A stretch of DNA of 64,000 nt from an uncultured Clostridia bacterium (GTDB lineage Bacteria; Bacillota; Clostridia; Christensenellales; UBA1242): assembly GCA_944376905.1 (NCBI GenBank), contig CALWEA010000001.1:72610-136609 (forward strand). The letters are read 5' to 3'. The notes under the pieces were generated by a model. It saw nothing but the letters and a program-made list of their open reading frames with translations, was not told the DNA's origin and searched no databases. A program made the position numbers and the translations under genes. This document shows positions 11,334 to 18,916 of this stretch, piece by piece. Numbering within the stretch: the stretch's first letter is position 1; each line of letters starts with the position of its first letter.

Positions 11334-11768
11334 ATGTTAGATAAAGAAAGAGAACTCGATGTTTGGGCAAATGTAATTTACATTTATACAAAAGAAAGAC
11401 TTGAAAACGATTCGGTAGCAACAAGATGGATTTTTGATAGGGCTACCCATGATGAGTGGGTTTTGTCTTTGTTTCCAAAACATTTGGCAAGTGAAAGGGC
11501 ATATAATAAATTTTTTGAATTAACAGGTAAAGACATTAGAGATTTTGATTGGAATAGTTCTGTAAAAACAAAGTCTGGAGAGAAAGTAGTTGTTCATCAA
11601 TATTTTGTTGATGAGTATTTAACAACTGCTTATGATTTCAAAAATGAACTTCTTAGGCTATATAAAAACAAAGAACTAACTGTTGAAAAAATTAACAAGT
11701 TGATTTTTATGCAAAGACTTTGTTGGATAACTAAGGAAGAAAATTCTATACTTTCCCAAAAGGGCTAA
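11334..11768 (+). CDS. Hypothetical protein (no family recognised), second gene of the tRNA-adjacent operon
   Basis: Starts 10 nt after the stop of the previous gene. Soluble, 144 aa. Confidence 0.5.
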   Translation: MLDKERELDVWANVIYIYTKERLENDSVATRWIFDRATHDEWVLSLFPKHLASERAYNKFFELTGKDIRDFDWNSSVKTKSGEKVVVHQYFVDEYLTTAYDFKNELLRLYKNKELTVEKINKLIFMQRLCWITKEENSILSQKG

Positions 11769-11851
11769 AACATAGAAATAACCCGCTAAAAGCATATAAA
11801 AATTGTTATATTTGCATTGATGATGAAGAAAAGGAGAACTTGGAGGATATT

Positions 11852-12382
11852 ATGAAAACCACTATTAACAAAAATAGTTTAATGATTATTGATAATAAAG
11901 AGCAAAAAAATTTATCTATACATTACAATATAAACAAACTTAAAGAATATTATGAACAAAATCTTATTAATGGAAAGAAGTATAATTTAGGATTTTATCC
12001 AAATGAGGCTTATGCATGGATATATAAGCAAGGAGGTTTTATGATAAATGTCAGAATTAAAAGTGACAAGTTAAAAGATATCTCACTCTTTTTATCAGGT
12101 CCAAAAGCAAAAAATAGATTTGCAAGACTATTACTCTATAAGAACAAAATTGAAAATTTATTAGGGTATGAATTAGTATGGGATAAAAATGAAAAAAAGC
12201 AAGCAAGTAGAATCGGAAGGTTCTTTAAAAATGCAGATTTGAGTTCTGATATAGAATTAGAAAACAAAAATAAATGTTTTGATTTTAACATTTATTCTGA
12301 AAAGTATATTGAACAAACTGCAAAAGAAATGGCAAAGTTTTATGATGCGTTTATTCCATTTATCGAAATTCTAGATGATTAA
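11852..12382 (+). CDS. Hypothetical protein, possibly DUF4268-like
   Basis: ATG 11852 follows GGAGGA; the listed TTG 11840 overlaps this RBS. The central stretch ISLFLSGPKAKNRFARLLLYKNKIENLLGYELVWDKNEKKQASRIGRFF resembles my recollection of the DUF4268 core (..n.e.f..L...k..IE...g.eL.W.......srI). Confidence 0.35.
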   Translation: MKTTINKNSLMIIDNKEQKNLSIHYNINKLKEYYEQNLINGKKYNLGFYPNEAYAWIYKQGGFMINVRIKSDKLKDISLFLSGPKAKNRFARLLLYKNKIENLLGYELVWDKNEKKQASRIGRFFKNADLSSDIELENKNKCFDFNIYSEKYIEQTAKEMAKFYDAFIPFIEILDD

Positions 12383-13126
12383 TTTGTTCTTATAAATTTA
12401 AATTTTAATATATTAAATTTTGATATAAATAAAACTATAAAATAATTATAACTAAATAAATAACAATATCAACAATATTATAGTAAAATCAAAAAAGTTA
12501 CAAACTAAAATGATTACCCATATCCATCCTATATTACATACTCGTTTTGTAATTTGGCAAACATATATTTTATTATTCTTTCGTTCCATTTTATTTTTAT
12601 CAAATGTACTTAATTTTTTATACAAGATTTAAAACGGAATTGCCTTCTATAAAATCATGTTATTCATTAGAATACATAAGTAGATAAAATTCAAAATTGG
12701 TTGATTTATTTTGTTCTATATAATTGGGTTAGTTATTATTAATTAAAAAAAAGAAGATTTATATTTGTTTATCAAAAAAATATTTTAAATTAACGAAAAA
12801 ATATAATAAAAATATTAAATAAAAACATAGTGGTTTTGAATGTAAATTAGTTAGAAATATGTGATTTTTTAATTGATGGTAAAAAACTTGTTGTTTTGAT
12901 GTGTGAATAAAATGTTACTCTAATAATTGAAAAAGAATTCAAATCAAACTTATAGATTATGTTTTTTGTGTGTAAACATTTTATTATTATTTTGAAATTT
13001 ATGTTTTTAATTTAATAAAAATATTTTAAGATAATTAATATTTATTTTTTATTATAAATTTTTTTATTTTATTTATTATTTTTTTAAATTATTTTTAATT
13101 ATCCTATATTATAAATAAATATCTTT

Positions 13127-14083
13127 TTATTTGTTTATTTCTTTAAATGTTTCAATATAACCATGAATTGAGCCTATATCATAACTTTTGCCTTGAAACT
13201 TATATGCTAATAATTGATTTTCTTTTATTAAGCGTTCTAATGCTTCTGTTAAATATTTTTCATTATTTTTTTGGTTGGTTAAATTTTTTAGTTTTTTAAA
13301 TATTTCCGGAGTAAAAACATAACGACCAAAATTAATTAAGGTTGAAGTTGGGTGATTGGGTTTTTCAATTATTTTTTTAACTAAAAATAAATTTTTATAT
13401 AATTGAATTTTATCATTATTAAAATATTTTTTTAAATTATTATAATATTTATATTTTATAAAAAAATTTTTAAATTTTATATTATTAATTTTATAATTAT
13501 TATTAATTTTACAATTATTATATTTTTTATTTTTTTTATTTATAAATACTTTTTTGCTATTTTTTATAATTAGATATTTATCTAAATAAAAATTTTTAGT
13601 TTTTATAATTCCATATTTACATGCTTCTTCAATATCAACATTTTTAGTTGCCATAATATTTTTTTTTGTTAATAAAAAAACATTGATTAACTGTTGGCAA
13701 ACTTTGTCTTTTGGATTGGTTATGTCATCGGCAAACGCAACAAAGAAATTGTCGTTACCAACGAATTGCTTCGCTAAATTAACAGCATTTCCTGTTCCAT
13801 TTAAATTTCTTTGATATTTGTAGGTTATTTTTAAAAACTTTAACTTATAAAAAAAATTATCATATTCTATATTTGAAAAATATTTTTTAATTATATTTGC
13901 ATTATGTCCAACAATTATTAAAACTTCTTTTATTCCAGCATCTACCAATTCTTCCAATAAAACGTGCAAGGCTGGTTTTTCACCAATAGGCAACATCGTT
14001 TTGGGAAAAATTTTAGTTAGAGGATATATTCTTATACCTTTTCCCGCACTTAAAACAACTGCTTTTTTAATTGAATTTTTCAT
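13127..14083 (-). CDS. galU: UTP--glucose-1-phosphate uridylyltransferase-like nucleotidyltransferase with ~65-aa Asn/Lys-rich insertion
   Basis: N-terminal KKAVVLSAGKGIRIYPLTKIFPKTMLPIGEKP matches GalU G-x-G-T-R..P.TK..PKEMLP. IIEKPNHPTSTLINFGRYVF matches VEKP...PSNLAI.GRY. C-terminal GKSYDIGSIHGY matches GKSHDCGNKLGY. Confidence 0.7.
   Translation of the reverse strand: MKNSIKKAVVLSAGKGIRIYPLTKIFPKTMLPIGEKPALHVLLEELVDAGIKEVLIIVGHNANIIKKYFSNIEYDNFFYKLKFLKITYKYQRNLNGTGNAVNLAKQFVGNDNFFVAFADDITNPKDKVCQQLINVFLLTKKNIMATKNVDIEEACKYGIIKTKNFYLDKYLIIKNSKKVFINKKNKKYNNCKINNNYKINNIKFKNFFIKYKYYNNLKKYFNNDKIQLYKNLFLVKKIIEKPNHPTSTLINFGRYVFTPEIFKKLKNLTNQKNNEKYLTEALERLIKENQLLAYKFQGKSYDIGSIHGYIETFKEINK
13570..13585. 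promoter_or_regulatory. Copy 1 of 16-bp palindrome TTAGATATTTATCTAA (inside the galU-like insertion)
   Basis: Exact string read at 13570..13585. Confidence 0.4.
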
Positions 14084-14183
14084 ATAATTTTATATGATAA
14101 TATTTAGAATTTGTTAAAATATTAAGTTAAAAAATTAAAATACAAAAATATTAAAATAAAAATTTAATAAAATATACAAAAAT

Positions 14184-14219
14184 AAAAAAAGCAATAATAA
14201 AAATATTATTACTTTTTTG
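14184..14219 (-). terminator. Putative terminator after gltX
   Basis: AGCAATAATA / TATTATTACT stem (9 of 10 pairs), loop AAAA, flanked by an A-run and a T-run. The stem is almost entirely A/T, so support is weak. Confidence 0.4.
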
Positions 14220-14246
14220 TTTTTTTAATTTTATATTATAAAAATT

Positions 14247-16031
14247 TTAATTGTTCTTTAATTCTTGTATTGCATTGCTAACTCTATTTAATATAAATTT
14301 ACGAGATTTATTTTTATTTAAATTACAGTTTGCTTTTGATAAATCTATTTTTCCTGATTTTTCAATTAAGCCAGCAAATTTAAGAGTTCTAAATTTGGTT
14401 TCAGCATCTCCAAGAATTGTACATATAGAGTATAAATCAGGAGAGTTCTTTTTACCAGTTACCGCTATTCTAATATATTCACAAACTAATGCAACATTGC
14501 CTTTATATTGTTCTGGATTTTGTTTATACATTTTATTATCAACTGCAAATCCCAATTCACTAGATAATTTTTTAATTTTATCAAACCATGTTTCTTTATC
14601 ATTAGAATAGTCAAAAATTTCACAATATTTCATAACAACATCATAAGCATCTTGTAAATTACAATCATTTATTTCATAATCATCAAGTGATTTATAATTT
14701 TCATCAAATATATTGCCATACATAAAACCCCAAACATTAATGACATCTTCCCACTTGGCAATATCTTTTCTAGGTTTAGGTCCATCTCTATCTATATTAA
14801 GAACTTTAGGAGAAAAATTAGGATTAGCTTTTAATTCGTCAAAAAATTCTGTATTGTAGCGTTCCGCCCAGTTTAGTGTTTCTGTATAGACTGTGTCAGC
14901 TGTTAATCTGCTTATATAATTTTTAGATACATCGTTAAGTTTTGCAAAATCAAACATTGGATTTGATGAAGTTATTTTTTCTGCCGAAAAAGGAAAATTG
15001 TTAATATTTTCTGTTGGATTTTCTTTTCTCCAATTTTCAAAATTACTGTTTGCTAAATTTAATAAATACTCAATCATTGCAGGTGATGGGTAGCCAGATT
15101 TTAAGAAATAACGCATATCCGCTTCAATATCTTTTCGTTTAGATATTTTTCGTTTATTTCCACTTTCATCGAGTTTGCAAATAACAGGATTATGTGCATA
15201 TTTAACTCTTTCGAAGCCAAGGGCATCAAAAAGTTCTAAATGTGCGGGTAAAGATGAATACCATTCTTCACCTCGAATAACCAAAGTTGTTCTCATTAAA
15301 TGATCATCGACAGCATGTGCGAATGCATAAACAGGTAGTCCGTCAGATTTCATTAAAACAATATCCTTGCCATTTTCTCGAACTTGTCGCTCACCTTTAA
15401 CAATATCATGAAAAGTAAAAGTTTTTTCTGGTTTACCTTTGGATAAAAGTTTTAAGGCAAATTTTTCTCCATTTTCAATTTTGTCACATATATTTTGAAA
15501 TGATAATTCCCTACATACATCATCATGTTCAGATATAGTTTCGTTTGATTGGAGTTCTTCAGCACGGCGTTCTTCTATTTCTTCAAAATCAACTGCTTTT
15601 TTACAAAAGCATGGAAATGCTCTTCCTTTTGCAACAAGTTGTTTGGCGAAAGATTTATAAATTTCAATTCTTTCACTTTGAAGATATGGACCATATTCAC
15701 CTTTTTGTTCACCGTATTCAAAAACACCTTCATCATATTCTATTCCAAAAGCATGCAGGGTCTGAATAGCAACATCAATAGAGTTGTGAATTTCTCGTTT
15801 TTTATCTGTATCTTCAACTCGCAAATAAAAAATTCCATTAGTGTTTTTTGCTGTAAAACTATTGCATAAACATTGAAAAAAATGTCCTATATGCAAATAA
15901 CCCGTTGGACTTGGTGCAAATCTCGTTACTTCTGCACCTTCGGGTAAATTGCGTGCGGGATATTTCTCTTCCCAATAACAAACTGGTTTTGCATCTGGGT
16001 ATAAAATTTTTGCAAGTTTTTTGTAATCCAT
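14247..16031 (-). CDS. gltX: Glutamate--tRNA ligase (class I, long form)
   Basis: TRFAPSPTGYLHIGH (HIGH motif in the GluRS-type context) and a KISKRK KMSKS-type loop. 594 aa. Confidence 0.75.
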   Translation of the reverse strand: MDYKKLAKILYPDAKPVCYWEEKYPARNLPEGAEVTRFAPSPTGYLHIGHFFQCLCNSFTAKNTNGIFYLRVEDTDKKREIHNSIDVAIQTLHAFGIEYDEGVFEYGEQKGEYGPYLQSERIEIYKSFAKQLVAKGRAFPCFCKKAVDFEEIEERRAEELQSNETISEHDDVCRELSFQNICDKIENGEKFALKLLSKGKPEKTFTFHDIVKGERQVRENGKDIVLMKSDGLPVYAFAHAVDDHLMRTTLVIRGEEWYSSLPAHLELFDALGFERVKYAHNPVICKLDESGNKRKISKRKDIEADMRYFLKSGYPSPAMIEYLLNLANSNFENWRKENPTENINNFPFSAEKITSSNPMFDFAKLNDVSKNYISRLTADTVYTETLNWAERYNTEFFDELKANPNFSPKVLNIDRDGPKPRKDIAKWEDVINVWGFMYGNIFDENYKSLDDYEINDCNLQDAYDVVMKYCEIFDYSNDKETWFDKIKKLSSELGFAVDNKMYKQNPEQYKGNVALVCEYIRIAVTGKKNSPDLYSICTILGDAETKFRTLKFAGLIEKSGKIDLSKANCNLNKNKSRKFILNRVSNAIQELKNN

Positions 16032-16251
16032 AATTATAATTAAATCCTTTTAATTCTTTTATTATTTTATTTTAATATTTTTTTTATATTTTGTGTTTTT
16101 TATATTGTGTATTTTTTTATATTATTTACTTGTTTTGATATATTTTATAATTGTTTTTATATTTTTACTTTTTTTTAATATTTTTTTATTTATTTTTTAA
16201 TATTTAATTTATTTTTTTGTTATATAATAAATATATAAATGAATAAATTGA

Positions 16252-17181
16252 TTAATTAATTAATTGTAATGTTTTATCAATAATAATTTTTGAATTTATA
16301 TTAATAAAGTTTTCTATTTTTATTTTATATAAAACTTCTTTGTCGTTAGTTGATTGGCTTTCATCAAAGTCAATTTCATTTAAGGCATCAATAAATATTT
16401 CTTTTTCAACTTGATAAGATTTAAATAATTCTAGCCAAGAGTTGTAATTAGCGGTATTAAAGGTTAAAGATGTTGTTTTTAACTTGTTAATCAAATCTAG
16501 CAAACTATCGTAAAAAGTTGTTTTTGCACCGTGAAGTCCGTCAAATTCTGTAAAAGCATATCTTATATAGGTTGATAAAAAATCCGCATAAGCGTACATA
16601 ACACTGCTTTTTATATCTGGATTATCTACATTTTCTAAGTTAAAGTTTCCGTAAAGAGAAATGTATGCTTCAACAAAAGATGTATTTAATTTATCTGCCT
16701 TTTCTATCAAAGAAGAATATGCTTGTTTGTAAACTTTAAGACTATTATATGCAATTATATTGTCTAAGTTAATATTTTGAATAACACTAAAATAATGATT
16801 TTTGCTTTGTGTAAAATTATTAATTTCTTCTTTTAATTCATTTAAACTATTAACAACATTACTACACAAAGTTGATTGATTGTTAGTGTTTTGTGGATTA
16901 ACTGCAAAACTTCCGTAGTTAGATTTTATAAGCAAAAATTCTGCCTGTAAAATTTCATCATAAGTTGTTAAAATTGAGTATTGTTCATCTATGTTTATTT
17001 GTTCTTGTAGTTTATTTGGATAATCATGTTCACAATTAACTATTTTTGAATAACTCTCATTTGAAAAAAACTCTGTTATTTCATTTTTAACATCATTGGG
17101 ATTTTTATTATCCGAACAGGCGTTAAGTAGGGGTATGCAAAGGCATAAAATTAAAATAAAACTTAAAAATTTTTTATTCAT
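16252..17181 (-). CDS. Hypothetical lipoprotein (helical)
   Basis: Signal peptide plus lipobox: MNKKFLSFILILCLCIPLLNAC-SDN. Confidence 0.6.
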   Translation of the reverse strand: MNKKFLSFILILCLCIPLLNACSDNKNPNDVKNEITEFFSNESYSKIVNCEHDYPNKLQEQINIDEQYSILTTYDEILQAEFLLIKSNYGSFAVNPQNTNNQSTLCSNVVNSLNELKEEINNFTQSKNHYFSVIQNINLDNIIAYNSLKVYKQAYSSLIEKADKLNTSFVEAYISLYGNFNLENVDNPDIKSSVMYAYADFLSTYIRYAFTEFDGLHGAKTTFYDSLLDLINKLKTTSLTFNTANYNSWLELFKSYQVEKEIFIDALNEIDFDESQSTNDKEVLYKIKIENFININSKIIIDKTLQLIN

Positions 17182-17255
17182 ATTATCTTTTAGTTTCCTA
17201 TTTATTTTTTTAGATTTTCATGACACATTATAAATGTTGAATTAATAGTATTATA

Positions 17256-17321
17256 AAATATTCTTTTTGGCATTGTGAAATATTCTTTTTGGCATTGTGA
17301 AATATTCTTTTTAGTATTGTT
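17256..17321. repeat. 22-bp tandem repeat x3 (aaatattctttttggcattgtg) in the promoter region of the lipoprotein gene
   Basis: Copies at 17256..17277 and 17278..17299 are identical. The copy at 17300..17321 has 3 mismatches. Confidence 0.8.
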
Positions 17322-17411
17322 AAATATTTTTTATATGGTTTATAGAATTGTTTTTTGTTAGTTTATTTATTATTGTTTTATTTTTATGGTTGAATCAATT
17401 TATCCTAATTA

Positions 17412-18218
17412 TCAATTTTCTGGCGCCAGAATTGAAATTTCTTGCTTAATTGTTTCAATAGTATAAGTTGGATTTTGGGCAAAATAATTTTGGTAAAAAT
17501 TATTGCTAAAATAAATTTGGCTTTTGTTTAAAAGTGTTAAAGAATAATTATATGATTCATTAATATCGTTATTGAAATTTAAAATTCTTAAACTTGCTTT
17601 TGATATTTCGTTTATTGCGGTTATTGTTAGTTCATTATTTTCAATACTCTTTTTTGTTGATTTTTCCACTAATTCAGCGGTTGTATTGTAGAATAATGAT
17701 AAGTCATTAACAAAAATTTTAAGTTTTTCAATATAAGGGTCTGAGTATTCACTTATTAAAGAAAAAGATGGATTTGCGACTTTTAAAAATTCTTTGTAAG
17801 GTCCGTCAATATATTTTAACATTGCGGTGTAAGAATCTTTACAATTTTCAAGAATTTTATTTTGTTCATTATTTAAAGATGAATATTCTTTGCTATCTTG
17901 ATTAACGGAAAGAAGAGCGCCCATAATACTAAAATCAGCATTACTTAATGAATCAATAATATTACATAACATACTTAATTCCATGCTTCTATCGTTTAAA
18001 TTGTTTTGAGCGCATAGAATTTGGATTTCTTTTGTGTGGGTTTCAATATTTTTTTCTTCAACTGATTCAACTTTTAAAAGTTCTCGAATTTCTTCCATAT
18101 TATCAAAAGCATCTGCGTAGTTGGTTTTTGGTATAAGGAAGTAAATTCCAACACCAACGCCAGCAATTAAAATTATTATCAACAACCAACTGGCAAAACT
18201 CATTCCGTTTTTTTCCAT
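17412..18218 (-). CDS. Hypothetical N-terminally membrane-anchored helical protein
   Basis: Single N-terminal TM helix SFASWLLIIILIAGVGVGIYFLI. The rest is predicted to be extracytoplasmic. Confidence 0.55.
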   Translation of the reverse strand: MEKNGMSFASWLLIIILIAGVGVGIYFLIPKTNYADAFDNMEEIRELLKVESVEEKNIETHTKEIQILCAQNNLNDRSMELSMLCNIIDSLSNADFSIMGALLSVNQDSKEYSSLNNEQNKILENCKDSYTAMLKYIDGPYKEFLKVANPSFSLISEYSDPYIEKLKIFVNDLSLFYNTTAELVEKSTKKSIENNELTITAINEISKASLRILNFNNDINESYNYSLTLLNKSQIYFSNNFYQNYFAQNPTYTIETIKQEISILAPEN

Positions 18219-18916
18219 AATTCTCCTTATGAGTAAAAATTAAAAATAAATTATAACTACAAATTACATTTTATCACATTTTATATAAAAAATAAATAGT
18301 TTTGCAAAAGATTATTTAAAAAATATCAATGTATTGATAAAAAATTAATAATAATTTAAGTAAAATTATGTTTCTTAAATATTAATATTTACAAATGAAG
18401 GTTTTTATTGTTTCTTGTTTAGATTTATGTTAATTGTTTTTTGCAAATTAAATTTTGTTTATAAAAAGCATATTGTTTTAAGATGGTTTAGATGTTTTAT
18501 TTGTTGATATGATATTTTATATTGGTTTTATTTGTATTAAAAATTAAAAAATATATTTAAAAAATTAGAAAAAATTTTACTTTACTCTTTTATTAATTTG
18601 TGGTATCCTATTATATATATAGACAATATTATATATAAAATTACATTATTAATTATTTTATTATTTAATTATTAGTTATTTAGTTATTAGTTATTTAATT
18701 ATTAGTTATTTAATTATTTAACTCATTTGAATTCTAATGAAATTTAAAATACCTGTTATGTTTTAGTAATTCTTAACATTTTTTTGGATTAAAATTTTTA
18801 TTGTTAAGTAATTGGTTTATAAAATATGATTTTGTGTATTTATAATTTTTAATGTATGAAAACTCTTAAAATTATTAAAATAAAATTAAAAAAATATAAA
18901 AGAAGTTTTTGTTATA

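Noticed and set aside
10703-13126. A complete integrative element at tRNA-Ser
   Set aside because: I found no integrase or recombinase ORF and no direct repeat of the tRNA 3' end. It is reported only as a possible remnant islet.
14251-15869. Plus-strand ORFs 14251..14610, 15545..15769 and 15549..15869
   Set aside because: All are antisense to the well-supported gltX gene. They lack RBSs and give low-complexity translations.
16032-16251. T-box leader upstream of gltX
   Set aside because: The region is uniform AT-rich low complexity. It has no conserved T-box sequence (AANNNGGGTGGTACCGCG-like) and no specifier-loop structure.
18650-18722. Short tandem arrays here and at 26787..26828, checked as possible CRISPR arrays
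   Set aside because: The units are only about 14-16 bp and directly abutting, with no spacers. They are pure AT low complexity, and no cas genes lie in the window.
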